64,000 nt of DNA from an uncultured Actinomycetes bacterium (GCA_963788935.1 CAWBIM010000017.1:182543-246542), one strand, 5' to 3'. Counted from the first letter of the stretch, positions 1-9,588 are shown. The notes: generated by a model not told the origin, from the sequence alone. Made by a program: numbers and translations.

Positions 1-553
1 GGTCGGCGTGCTCGCGCCGCAGCCCGGCCTGCTGCAGGCGCGGGTGGAGCTCGACCTGGTTGACGGCCGGGGTGACGCCCGTCTCGTCGATGATCCGGCG
101 CAGATGGTCGGGCTGGAAGTTCGAGACGCCGATCGCGCGCACGAGGCCCTCGGCCTGCAGCTCGACGAAGGCCTTCCAGGTCTCGACGTACTTGTCCTGC
201 GAGGGCACCGGCCAGTGGATGAGATACAGGTCGACGTAGTCGAGGCCGAGCCGCTCCAGGCTCGTCTTGAATGCGTTGCGCGCCTGCCCGTGGCCGTGGT
301 CGGTGTTGAAGCACTTCGTCGTGATGAAGACGTCCTCGCGGGCGAGGCCCGAGGCGTGGAAGGCCTGACCGACCTCCGCCTCGTTCTGGTACGCCGCGGC
401 GGTGTCGATGTGGCGATAGCCCGTCTGCAGCGCGCGGGTGACGACTTCGGCGGTGTCCTCGGGCGGCACCTGGAAGACGCCGAAGCCGAGCTGGGGGATT
501 TCCGTGTCGCCGCGCAGCGGAACGCGCGGCACCTGGTCGGTCTTGGTGGTCAT
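1..553 (-). CDS. aldo/keto reductase (DkgA / 2,5-diketo-D-gluconate reductase-like); N-terminal 184 codons only, 3' end lies beyond window start
   Basis: Own minus-strand translation from ATG (rc of cat 551-553): MTTKTDQVPRVPLRGDTEIPQLGFGVFQVPPED..GYRHIDTAAAYQNE..LDYVDLYLIHWP..IGVSNF..VNQVELHP. These are classic AKR blocks. Not in the ORF track because no stop codon lies inside the window. Confidence 0.85.
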   Translation of the reverse strand, partial: MTTKTDQVPRVPLRGDTEIPQLGFGVFQVPPEDTAEVVTRALQTGYRHIDTAAAYQNEAEVGQAFHASGLAREDVFITTKCFNTDHGHGQARNAFKTSLERLGLDYVDLYLIHWPVPSQDKYVETWKAFVELQAEGLVRAIGVSNFQPDHLRRIIDETGVTPAVNQVELHPRLQQAGLRREHAD

Positions 554-662
554 AATCGTGCGCTTCCCGCCTGGTGCCTGGGCAAACGGTTCGCGGCGCA
601 ACCACGTTCGCAGCCGACCGGCCAATCGTGTGGCACCCTGTTGACCGTGAACGCCACGGTCC

Positions 663-1754
663 GTGAGCGCCGTTCGCCCGTCAGCCGGCGCGCGTCCGAG
701 CGCCGGTCGCGCAGCCGCGCGCCCTTCTTCGTCCTCGGGTTCCTCGTCATCCTCGCCGCGGCCGCGGCGGGCGGCCGCGTACGTGTACGACCACGGCCGC
801 AGCGACCGCATCGCTCCGGGCGTCAAGATCGGCGGCGTCGACGTCGGCGGCCTCACCACGCAGGCCGCCCGCGAGCGCCTGATCCAGCGTGCCGTGGCGC
901 CACGCCGCCGAACGCTCTCGGTCCACGCGCACGGGCACACGTTCACGCTCCCGGCTGCCACCAGCAAGATCACGGCGGACCTCGATCCGGCGCTGGAGCG
1001 CGCGCTGGCCGAAAGCCGCAAGGGCTGGATCGGACGCCGCGTGATGGACGGGCTGAGCCACAAGCGCGTCGACGAGAGCCTGTCGCTGCCGATCCACTAC
1101 GCCCCCGGGGTCGTGGCCGCACTCACCGAGCGCGTGGCAAAGACCGTGCGCCGCGCCCCGGTCGACGCGAGCGTCACGCCGAGCGCGACCGGCCTCCAGG
1201 TCAAGGAGTCCAAGAGCGGCCGCGCGCTGAACGAGGCGCAGCTCAAGAAGAACCTCGCCGCGGCGCTCACCTCGGCCCGCCGCCCGCCGACGATCTCGGC
1301 GACGACGCACCCCGTTTCGCCGGAGGTCTCCACGACCGCGCTCGCCGGCAAGTACCCGGCGTACATCATCGTCGACCGCCAAGACCACGTCCTGCGCTTC
1401 TACCAGCACCTCAAGGAGACGGCGTCCTACCCGATCGCCGTCGGCAAGCAGGGCCTCGAGACGCCCGAGGGCCTCTACGACGTGCAGTGGAAGGAGACGA
1501 ACCCGTCCTGGCACGTGCCGAACTCGCCGTGGGCGGGCGACCTCGCGGGCAAGACGATCCCGCCGGGCCCCGACGACCCGATCAAGGCGCGCTGGATGGC
1601 GTTCAACGGCGGCGCCGGGATCCACGGCATCGACCCGGCCGAGTACAGCTCGATCGGCCACGACGCCTCCCACGGCTGCGTGCGCATGCGCATCCCGGAC
1701 GTGATCTCGCTCTACGCGCGCACGCCGGTCCACACGCCGGTCTTCGTCACGTAG
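663..1754 (+). CDS. L,D-transpeptidase (YkuD domain) with YoaR-like N-terminal region; the membrane anchor appears to be encoded in another frame from GTG 647
   Basis: YkuD catalytic block HGIDPAEYSSIGHDASHGCVRM. VKIGGVDVGGLTTQAARERL is typical of YoaR-type Ldt proteins. The frame starting at 647 encodes RSRAPFFVLGFLVILAAAAAGG (TM helix), which should join AYVYDHGRSD near nt 776. 647..1754 is 1108 nt (3n+1). Confidence 0.85.
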   Translation: MSAVRPSAGARPSAGRAAARPSSSSGSSSSSPRPRRAAAYVYDHGRSDRIAPGVKIGGVDVGGLTTQAARERLIQRAVAPRRRTLSVHAHGHTFTLPAATSKITADLDPALERALAESRKGWIGRRVMDGLSHKRVDESLSLPIHYAPGVVAALTERVAKTVRRAPVDASVTPSATGLQVKESKSGRALNEAQLKKNLAAALTSARRPPTISATTHPVSPEVSTTALAGKYPAYIIVDRQDHVLRFYQHLKETASYPIAVGKQGLETPEGLYDVQWKETNPSWHVPNSPWAGDLAGKTIPPGPDDPIKARWMAFNGGAGIHGIDPAEYSSIGHDASHGCVRMRIPDVISLYARTPVHTPVFVT

Positions 1755-1811
1755 GCCGCCGCGCCGGTCCTGGCGTCCGCGGCGCGGCACGACCGCGTAC
1801 CGTGGCCCGCC

Positions 1812-2828
1812 ATGCAGACGACGACCCTCGGCCCGCTGACCGTCAGCCGCCTCGCCCTCGGCGCGATGCTCATGGGCGACAAGACGCCGGTGGACGAATC
1901 GCATCGGATGCTCGACCGGTTCGTCGACGCCGGCGGCACGCTCGTCGACACCGCGGACACCTACGGGTCGGGCGACTCCGAGCGCGTCCTCGCGCCGTGG
2001 CTCGCGCGGCGCCGCGACGACGTCGTGCTCGCGACGAAGGTGCGCTTCGCGACCGACGAGCCGGCCGGCCAGGGCCTCTCGCCCGACCGCATCCGCGCCG
2101 CCTGCGACGCCAGCCTGAAGCGCCTGGGCACCGACGTCATCGACCTCTACCAGGTCCACGCGCCCGATCCGACCGTCCCGCTCGAGGAGACGCTCGAGGC
2201 GCTCGACGGCCTCGTCCGCGCGGGCAAGGTCCGGGCGGTCGGCGCCTCGAACTACCCGGCGTGGCTGCTCGCGTGGGCGGTCGCGCTCCAGGACCGCCAC
2301 GGCTGGGCGCCGTTCGTCTCGCTGCAGGCGCAGTACTCGCTCGTCGAGCGCTCGGTCGAGATCGAGGCGCTGCCGTTCTGCCGTGCCGCCGGCCTCGGCG
2401 TGCTGCCGTGGGGGCCGCTCGGCGCGGGGTTCCTCAGCGGCCGCTACCGCCGCGACGAGGCGATGCCCGAGGGCAGCCGGATGGCGACCGCCTCCGACGA
2501 CCTCGAGGAGGCGCCCGCGCGGCGCGCGATCGAGCGCAACTTCCGGGTCATCGACGCCGCCGAGGCGATCGCCGCCGACCGCGGGATCACGGTGGCGCAG
2601 GTCGCGATCGCCTGGCTCACCGGGGTCGAGGGCGTGGCCGCGCCGATCCTCGGCCCGCGCACGATGGCGCACCTCGACGACCTGCTCGGCGCGGCCGATC
2701 TCGCCTTGACCGCCGACGAGCGCGCGAGCCTCGAGGCGCCGGCGCCGCCGCCGGACCTCTACCCGCACCGGATGCTCACCGAGCAGGTCGGCCTCGACGT
2801 CGTGACCGGGCCGTTGCGCCGGCCCTAG
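1812..2828 (+). CDS. aldo/keto reductase family oxidoreductase (Tas/YajO-like)
   Basis: 338 aa with GTLVDTADTYGSGDSERVL, IDLYQVHAPD, KVRAVGASNY and LPWGPLGAGFLSG. Confidence 0.9.
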   Translation: MQTTTLGPLTVSRLALGAMLMGDKTPVDESHRMLDRFVDAGGTLVDTADTYGSGDSERVLAPWLARRRDDVVLATKVRFATDEPAGQGLSPDRIRAACDASLKRLGTDVIDLYQVHAPDPTVPLEETLEALDGLVRAGKVRAVGASNYPAWLLAWAVALQDRHGWAPFVSLQAQYSLVERSVEIEALPFCRAAGLGVLPWGPLGAGFLSGRYRRDEAMPEGSRMATASDDLEEAPARRAIERNFRVIDAAEAIAADRGITVAQVAIAWLTGVEGVAAPILGPRTMAHLDDLLGAADLALTADERASLEAPAPPPDLYPHRMLTEQVGLDVVTGPLRRP

Positions 2829-3166
2829 CCGTCGTCCTCGAGCAGCGCGAGCACCCGCTTGGGCGCGCGCGTGCGCCACGCGTCGGTCAGGAGCTCCGTG
2901 AGCTCCTCGCGGTCGACCGCGGCGAGGCGGACGAGCACGCTCGGGTAGCCGTCGTAGTGGGGGATCGTGAAGAACTTCTCGGGCTCGGCGCGGATGAGGA
3001 AGTCCTTCTCGGCCTCGTCCGCGGTGCGGACCATCAGCACGCCGGGCTCGCGGATCCGCGCGAACAGCTTGTCCTTCACCCGGAAGCCGGGCGTCCCGTA
3101 GGAGGAGCGCTCGGAGGTCTCCGGCAGCGCCAGCGCGATCGCCCGGACGTCATCCTCGCTCGCCAT
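2825..3166 (-). CDS. MmcQ/YjbR family DNA-binding protein
   Basis: MASEDDVRAIALALPETSERSSYGTPGFRVKDKLFARI..FFTIPHYDGYPSVLVRL. ATG is the rc of cat 3164-3166. The ORF-track extension to 3283 is Arg/Ser-rich junk. Confidence 0.75.
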   Translation of the reverse strand: MASEDDVRAIALALPETSERSSYGTPGFRVKDKLFARIREPGVLMVRTADEAEKDFLIRAEPEKFFTIPHYDGYPSVLVRLAAVDREELTELLTDAWRTRAPKRVLALLEDDG

Positions 3167-3191
3167 GCGCGGATCGTCGCAGGCGCCGCGC

Positions 3192-4929
3192 TCAGCCGAA
3201 CGTGAACGCGAAGCCCGAGATCCCGGGGGCGAAGCGCAGCGTGAGGCGGTGGCGCTGATTGCCCGGCAACGAGACGAGCGCATACAGGCGCTGGCCGGTG
3301 ACCGTGACGCGGCCGCCGTGCACGTCCGCCCCCGCCTGGCGCGCGGTCACCGGGCGCCCGTCGAGCAGGACCTGCACGTCCCGGGGCCGGCGCCCCTGCG
3401 AGCCGAGGACGAGGTAGACGTTCTTGGCCCGGACCTCGGCGTCGATCGTCGCGCCCGCGCCGGAGGTGGCCGCCTGCCCGCCGATCGTCCACTCGCCGCC
3501 GTAGCGCGAACGCGTTCAGCGCGAGGTCGCCCTCGACGCCCGGGTACTCGTGGCGGCCGGACTTCGGCTGGCCGGCGAGCCAGCCCTGCGCCCGCGCCGT
3601 GCCGAGGTACGTCTCGGGCGAGGTCGCGCGCGACGGCACGACGACGTCCTTCGGCCGCGCGCCGGCACCGAGCGCGTCGTGCCCGGCCTCGGCGAGGACC
3701 GAGCGGATCGCCGCCTCGGTCTTGTCGTAGTCGCCCTCGCCGATGCCCGCGTAGCGGACCTGGCCTGTGCGGTCGATCAGGTAGTCGGCCGGCCAGTACT
3801 GGTTCCCGTAGGCGTTCCAGGTGCCCATCGCGTTGTCCTGGGCGACGGGGTAGCGGATGCCGAGCCGCTTGATCGCGTTCGCGACGTTGCCCGCGTCGTG
3901 CTCGAAGGCGAACTCGGGCGTGTGGACGCCGACGATCGTCAGCCCGGCGGCGCGGTACTTGCGGTCCCAGGCCTCGAGGTAGGGCAGCGTGCGCAGGCAG
4001 TTGATGCAGGTGTAGGTCCAGAAGTCGACGAGGACCGCGCCGCGGCCGCGCAGGGCGGCGAGCGTCTGCGGCCGGTCGCCGGGGGTGTTGAACCAGCGCT
4101 CGTTGTCCGTGAACCCGGGCGCGCGGCCGAGCTTCGGCAGCGCGCCGCTCGCGTCCGCCGTGATCCCGGCCGGCACGGGCGTCGTGAACTTGGGCTTGCG
4201 GTCGTTGATCACGTGCAGCCGGCGGGTCACGGCGTCCGAGCGCTCGAGCGACGCCGTCAGGCTGACCTCGGGGATCTGGCGCGCGACGAACTGGTCGAAG
4301 CTCACGTCGACGTTCGTGACGATGAGCAGCGCGGTCGCGAGCATGACCGCGCCCATCCCCCGCTGGAGCGCCGCGCCGCGGCCCGCGGCGCGCAGGCGGT
4401 CGACGACCCGCCGCCCGCCCAAGCAGAGCGCGAGGAGCACGATCGCCGACCCGAGCGCGTAGGCGAGGGCGACCGCCACGGACCGCCCGCTCGCCGCGCT
4501 CACGGTGATGACCGCGGCGAGCACCGGCCCCGCGCACGGCGTGTAGACGAACCCCAGGGCGGCGCCGACGAGCAGGCCCGAGGCGAAGCCGTCGCCCCGC
4601 GTGCGCGGCCCGAACCGCGACAGCCGCGCGAGCGGCGCCTCGAGCCGCGCCGCGACGGCGGGGAACAGCAGCGCGATCCCGAAGCCCGCGAGCACGACGA
4701 CCGCGACCGCCCGCAGCGGGTCCGTCCCGAGCCCGACCCCGCCGACGACCTCGGCGATCCCGACGATCGTCACGGTGAAGGTCACCGTCAGGCCGACCAC
4801 GACGCCGAGCGGCCGCCGTCGCCCGCCCACGCCGCCGGCCGACAGGACCGCCGGGAGGACCGGCAGCACGCAGGGGCTCAGCGCCGTTCCGGCACCGGCC
4901 AGCAGGGCGAACCCGAGGAGCAGCAGCAT
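3192..4929 (-). pseudogene. DipZ-like protein (CcdA/DsbD membrane domain + TlpA-type thioredoxin + C-terminal beta domain), interrupted by a 1-nt frameshift near 3504
   Basis: N-terminus LSPCVLPVLPAVL (CcdA). Redoxin block VLVDFWTYTCINCLRTLPYLE. After ..LALNAFA the conserved continuation YGGEWTIGGQAATSGAGATIDAEVRAKNVYLVLGS..VQVLLDGRPV..RLTLRFAPGISGFAFTFG lies in the adjacent frame (ORF 3192..3377). 1738 nt = 3n+1. The uncorrected ORF would run into the MmcQ gene. Confidence 0.8.
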
Positions 4930-5025
4930 CGCGCCGGAAGACGGTAGTCCGCCCGGCGCGCCGGTACGCCGGTCGAGCGCATGGGCAACGCCGCACCACG
5001 CCGACTGACGCGTCGTCGTACGCGG

Positions 5026-5637
5026 CTACGCGTCTTCGATACGGACGCTGCCGGGGACCGGCGCGATGCGTGTGCCGTCCCATCTGTGGCGCGTGATGCG
5101 AAACGCGCTCGGACAGCAGTTCGCGTCGGTGGTCCGGTGCAGGCTTTCCCGGGTCTCGATCTCCGGGAGTCCCCCGGTGCCTGTGACGATCCGGGTCACG
5201 ACGAAGACGACGTACGCGTAGCCGGGCTCGGGATCACCACCGTTCCGGAAGTCGAAGATCCGGCGGGCGGTGGTCCCCGTCCATTGCGACACCCCGAACA
5301 TCGTGGGCGAGGAGACGGTGCCACCGACGGTTCCGAGTTCATAGGCGATCTCGGGGATACCGTCGCCCGTGAAGTCGACCAGTCGCGTCCGCCCGACGCT
5401 CCACCCGTAGGGCAATCTCGTCTGACGAAACGGCGTCAGGGCCTGCCTGCGGGAGCCATCGCGGACGACGAGCCGGCTACAGGCGAAGGGCTGTCCGCAG
5501 CGGCGCACCTCGGTGCGAAGCTGCTCCCGCGGCGCGTCGCTGTCGAGCTGGGCCCGAAAGACTTTGTCGCGCGCGTGCCCGACCGGTACGCCGACGAGAA
5601 ACGCCGACAACAGCCCGACGATGACCGCGATCCGCAC
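5026..5637 (-). CDS. hypothetical secreted protein
   Basis: 203 aa. N-terminal signal-like MRIAVIVGLLSAFLVGVPVGHA. Balanced composition (DFTGDGIPEIAYELG, DANCCPSAF). No family recognised. Confidence 0.6.
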   Translation of the reverse strand: MRIAVIVGLLSAFLVGVPVGHARDKVFRAQLDSDAPREQLRTEVRRCGQPFACSRLVVRDGSRRQALTPFRQTRLPYGWSVGRTRLVDFTGDGIPEIAYELGTVGGTVSSPTMFGVSQWTGTTARRIFDFRNGGDPEPGYAYVVFVVTRIVTGTGGLPEIETRESLHRTTDANCCPSAFRITRHRWDGTRIAPVPGSVRIEDA

Positions 5638-5725
5638 GGACGTCGTCCTACCCGCAGCGCACGGCTCGAAGACGATGACAAGGTTCCACGCCGCCGTCAG
5701 GCCACTCTTGGGACGGTCAACGCCT

Positions 5726-6847
5726 TCAGCAGCTCTCCGCGGCCTGCGCGTACAACTGCGCGCGAAGTCGATATCCGGCCGGCGTCGGATGCACGCCGTC
5801 CGGCCCGAGCAGCGACGGCCGCGCCGCCGTCTGCTCCGCCCACGGCACGAGCCGTAGCCGGCTGTCCTCCCGGGCCATCCGCCGCAGGAGGCTGTTGGCG
5901 GCGTCGTAGGTGACGCCGTTCACCGCGGGGCGGGCGATCGTCGCCCACACCGCGCATCCGTTCGCTCCGACGCGTGCCAGTGTCTGCTCGACCGCTGCGC
6001 GCAGCTGTGCGGTGTGGGTCGGGTCGTCGTTGGTGAACAGGCTGATGGCAAGGACGGTGCTCCCGTCCGACGGGATGGTCGTGCCTCTGAGGATGCTCAT
6101 GCCCTCGGCGAGCGGCCGGCTGACGCGGCCGTCCACCGAGACCTGCCAGCGCGGCAGCAGACTCGGCAGGAGGGCCCGCACGCCGACCGCGAGGCTGTCG
6201 CCGATCATCACGAGGCTGCCGCTGCTCCGCCCTGTGGAAGGCGCAGGCTGGGTCTGCGTCGGCGCATCGGTCGTGGTCGGGGCGGGTTCGGCGGGGTTGC
6301 TCGTCGCGGGCGGCGGTGTGGCGGAGGTGGGCGTCGAGGTCGTGCTCGGCCGGCGCGCCGGTGACCGCTCGCGACGCGACGGGCCCGGCAGCGTCGGGGC
6401 GCGGCCGACACGCAACGTGAGGCGGACGGGCACGACGCGCTGGGCCGCGGGCATCGACGCGGTGATCACGAGCAGCCGACGGCTCGACGGCAGGCGGAGC
6501 TGCATCCGGCGCGTCCACTCGCCGGCGCCGTCGGAGAAGAACGCGGCCGAGCACGAACGGGCCTCGCAGCCGGCGTCGAGTCGGACGGGCGTCGAAGAAT
6601 CGGCGTGGCCGGTGAGTTCGACGGTGAGCCGGACGCGCGACGGCGAGACGCGCGTGGGCTTGAGGATCGTCCCGGACTCCGGCGAGTCGATGCTGAGCGC
6701 GACCGGCGCGGGCGGCGGCGCCGACGAGGATGACGAGGCGCCCGTTCCCTGCCCGCCGCACCCCGTGGCGACCGTGGCGACCGCGATCAGCAGCCCCGCT
6801 GTCCGGCCGAGGATGCGCCGGCGCCGATCAGCCGACGAGCCCGTCAC
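5726..6847 (-). CDS. lipoprotein with C-terminal SGNH/GDSL hydrolase domain
   Basis: Lipobox AVATVATGCGG. Pro/Thr linker. SGNH blocks LVMIGDSLAVG, ISLFTNDD and PDGVHPTPAGY. Confidence 0.75.
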   Translation of the reverse strand: MTGSSADRRRRILGRTAGLLIAVATVATGCGGQGTGASSSSSAPPPAPVALSIDSPESGTILKPTRVSPSRVRLTVELTGHADSSTPVRLDAGCEARSCSAAFFSDGAGEWTRRMQLRLPSSRRLLVITASMPAAQRVVPVRLTLRVGRAPTLPGPSRRERSPARRPSTTSTPTSATPPPATSNPAEPAPTTTDAPTQTQPAPSTGRSSGSLVMIGDSLAVGVRALLPSLLPRWQVSVDGRVSRPLAEGMSILRGTTIPSDGSTVLAISLFTNDDPTHTAQLRAAVEQTLARVGANGCAVWATIARPAVNGVTYDAANSLLRRMAREDSRLRLVPWAEQTAARPSLLGPDGVHPTPAGYRLRAQLYAQAAESC

Positions 6848-8084
6848 GGCGCATCTGGCGGACGATCAGCTCGGTGGCGATCGACGCGCCTGCCACCGAA
6901 AGGTGCACGCCGTCGGCCTGCCGCACGGTTCGGACTTTGCCATGCCAGCGCATCCGGGCGCGGAAGCGGCCGTGCGGCGTGAACGTCGCACCCAGGTCGA
7001 TCACGCGGGCGGTCCCCGGAAAGGACTGGGCAGCGGTCCGCAACGCCTGGTTGACCGGGCCGAACACCGCCTGGAAGCGCGGGCTGCGGGGCGTGGGCAG
7101 CAGGAGCCAATACACCGTGCCGGCGCCGCGGCGGGCATAGGAGCGCATCATCGATCGGGCGCGGCGCGCGTACTCGCGCACCCAGGCCTGCTCGCAGCAT
7201 GGGACCTTTGCGCCAGACGGCGTGCCCATCGGGAACCCGTCGTTGGCGCCCAGGAACATCACGGTCAGATCGGGATGGAGCTGCCGGGCCGAGGCTCGCG
7301 CGTGCGCCTGCCAGTTGAACATGAACGGCTTCGAGATCCCCGTGGAGATGTGTGCGTCGCTGCGCACGGAGATCGGGCCGCGCCGCGCGAGGCGGCGTTT
7401 CAGATCGCCGTCGATGATCTGGATCATCGAGTCGCCCGTGGCAAGGACGCGCAGCCGTCTCGAGGCGGGCCGCACGACGAGCACGCGCTTGATCGCCGCG
7501 CCGAACGCGGTGACCGTCAGTGGATGGCGTCCCGGCCGCCGGGGGCGCAGCCGCACGGAGCCGCTGACCTGACCCGCCGGCAGGGCGATCGGCGTGCACT
7601 GCCGTGCGCGCCGGCCCGGTTCCGACGCGCACACGGTCGCCTGGAGCGCGCCCTGACCCCAGCGGTCGACGACGCGCACCGTGACCGGCCGTCGCGCCCG
7701 CGGGCGCAGCGGCCGCAGCGCGACCGTCAGCCGTCCGGCGCAGGACGGCGTGTGTACCGAGGTCCCGACGGTCTGCACGGTGCCGTCCGGATTGGCGAAT
7801 GCGGCGGTGAATGTCGGTGCAGGCGTGTCGCAGCGCCATCCCGCCGCACGCGGAAGTTCCAGCACGCCGTTCGCCGGCAGGGCGAGCGACGCCACCGGGA
7901 GCGGCCCGGCCGCAGTCGCCTCGGTCACGGTGACCGCCGCTCCGGGAGTGCCGGTGAGGCGCAACGTCACGAAACCGGTCTGCCTCGTCGACGCGTTCAC
8001 GGTCGGCACCGGGGCCTGGGCGTCGGCACCGGCCACCACGATCAGCGGCAGGACACAGCACCACAAGACGGCGCGTCGGGTCAT
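6828..8084 (-). CDS. secreted SGNH hydrolase, DUF459-type
   Basis: Signal MTRRAVLWCCVLPLIVVAGADA. Blocks RVLATGDSMIQ, TVMFLGANDGFPM, CCEQAWVREYARRARSMM, VYWLLLPTPR and RQADGVHLSVAG. Paralogous to 9589..10643. Overlaps the next gene by 20 nt. Confidence 0.8.
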   Translation of the reverse strand: MTRRAVLWCCVLPLIVVAGADAQAPVPTVNASTRQTGFVTLRLTGTPGAAVTVTEATAAGPLPVASLALPANGVLELPRAAGWRCDTPAPTFTAAFANPDGTVQTVGTSVHTPSCAGRLTVALRPLRPRARRPVTVRVVDRWGQGALQATVCASEPGRRARQCTPIALPAGQVSGSVRLRPRRPGRHPLTVTAFGAAIKRVLVVRPASRRLRVLATGDSMIQIIDGDLKRRLARRGPISVRSDAHISTGISKPFMFNWQAHARASARQLHPDLTVMFLGANDGFPMGTPSGAKVPCCEQAWVREYARRARSMMRSYARRGAGTVYWLLLPTPRSPRFQAVFGPVNQALRTAAQSFPGTARVIDLGATFTPHGRFRARMRWHGKVRTVRQADGVHLSVAGASIATELIVRQMRRDGLVG

Positions 8085-8118
8085 CGATCGTCGCGGACTG
8101 TTGCACAGATCGTTCAAG

Positions 8119-8171
8119 CCGAACGGACCGCGCGACGAGTGCTGACGCTAGCCTGCGCGCGTCCGGTTCGG
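8119..8171. promoter_or_regulatory. imperfect inverted repeat (16-nt arms, 21-nt spacer) in the divergent SGNH/MBOAT intergenic region
   Basis: ccgaacggaccgcgcg (8119-8134) versus the rc of cgcgcgtccggttcgg (8156-8171). 13/16 match ungapped, and the outer 6 and inner 5 nt are perfect. It sits 20 nt upstream of the MBOAT GTG. Confidence 0.3.
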
Positions 8172-8190
8172 CTCACGCCGGCGCGTCACC

Positions 8191-9585
8191 GTGGTCTTCC
8201 CCTCCATCGAGTTCGCCGTGTTCTTCCCGGTCGTGCTGGGCCTCTCGTGGCTGCTCATGCCGCACCCCCGCGCGTGGAAGGCGTTCATCGTCGCGGCCAG
8301 CTACGTCTTCTACGCCGCCGCCGACGTGCGCTTCTGCGCCTTGCTGGCCGCGGTCACCATCGTCAACCAGGCGGGCGCCGTCCTCGTCGGCCGCGCGACC
8401 AGCGACCGCGGGAAGAATGCGATCGTCGCGGTCACCGTCGGGCTCGACCTGCTCGCCCTCGGTTTTTTCAAGTACTACGGCTTCTTCGTCTCCAACGTCG
8501 ACGAGCTGCTTCGCGACGTCGGCCTCGGCGCGCCGGCTCCGCTGCTGGCGGTGGCGCTTCCCGTCGGCCTGTCCTTCTTCACCTTCCAGGCGATCAGCTA
8601 CATCGTCGACGTCCGCCGCGGGATCTGCGATCGCGCGACGACGATCGACCTGGCGATCTACCTGTCGTTCTTCCCGCACCTCGTCGCCGGGCCGATCGTC
8701 CGCGCGCGCGAGTTCCTCCCGCAGCTACGCACGCCGCGCGACCCACGTGACGTCGCGGTCGGCGCGGGCGTGCTGCTCATCATCGTCGGGCTGGTCAAGA
8801 AGGTCGTCATCGCCGACTTCCTCGCGCGCAACGCCGTCGATCCCGTGTTCGCGGTGCCCGAGGCCTACGGTGCTCCGGATGCGTGGACGGCGCTGCTGAG
8901 CTACGCGGTGCAGATCTACTGCGACTTCTCCGGCTACACCGACATCGCGATCGGGCTCGCGCTGCTGATGGGGTTCGTCTTCCCTCAGAACTTCGACCGC
9001 CCATACCGGTCGCTCAGCGTCCGCGAGTTCTGGCGCCGGTGGCACATGACGCTGTCGCGCTTCCTGCGCGACTTCATCTACATCCCGCTCGGCGGCAGTC
9101 GTGAGGGGCCGGCGAGGACCGTCCGAAACCTGATGATCACGATGCTCCTCGGAGGCCTCTGGCACGGCGCCGCATGGGGCTTCGTGCTCTGGGGCGCGCT
9201 GCACGGCGCCGCGCTGTCGCTCGAGCACTTCCGCCGGGGCCGCGCCCGCCTGCTGCCGCCGGTCGTCGCGTGGGCGGCGACGTTCTTGTTCGTGTCCCTG
9301 GCGTGGATCCCCTTCCGCGCGCCGACCCTGGACATGGCTTGGGCATTCGCCCGGCGGCTCGTCACGCCCGGCCCGGCCACGCTGATGACGCCCGGCATCG
9401 CGATCGCGGTGGTCGGGGTGCTCGCCCTGCAGCTCGCGCCGGGGCGGCCTCTCGACGCGATGCGCGAGCGACTGGTCGCGCTCCCGGCGGCGGCACTCGG
9501 GACGGCGCTGGCGATCACGATCGTGCTCGTCGCCGCGGCGGTGCCCGGCAACTCCGTGCCCCCGTTCATCTACTTCCAGTTCTGA
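8191..9585 (+). CDS. MBOAT family O-acyltransferase (AlgI/PatA/DltB-like)
   Basis: 464 aa, polytopic. FFTFQAISYIVDV, FPHLVAGPIVRA, FWRRWHMTLSRFLRDFIYIPLGGSR, GLWHGAAWGF. Confidence 0.92.
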   Translation: MVFPSIEFAVFFPVVLGLSWLLMPHPRAWKAFIVAASYVFYAAADVRFCALLAAVTIVNQAGAVLVGRATSDRGKNAIVAVTVGLDLLALGFFKYYGFFVSNVDELLRDVGLGAPAPLLAVALPVGLSFFTFQAISYIVDVRRGICDRATTIDLAIYLSFFPHLVAGPIVRAREFLPQLRTPRDPRDVAVGAGVLLIIVGLVKKVVIADFLARNAVDPVFAVPEAYGAPDAWTALLSYAVQIYCDFSGYTDIAIGLALLMGFVFPQNFDRPYRSLSVREFWRRWHMTLSRFLRDFIYIPLGGSREGPARTVRNLMITMLLGGLWHGAAWGFVLWGALHGAALSLEHFRRGRARLLPPVVAWAATFLFVSLAWIPFRAPTLDMAWAFARRLVTPGPATLMTPGIAIAVVGVLALQLAPGRPLDAMRERLVALPAAALGTALAITIVLVAAAVPGNSVPPFIYFQF

Positions 9586-9588
9586 GCC

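Noticed and set aside
8-3205. 1065-aa plus-strand ORF spanning the first 3 kb
   Set aside because: It has extreme Arg/Pro/Ala/Gly composition and overlaps four recognisable genes in other frames or on the other strand. It is a typical GC-driven open frame.
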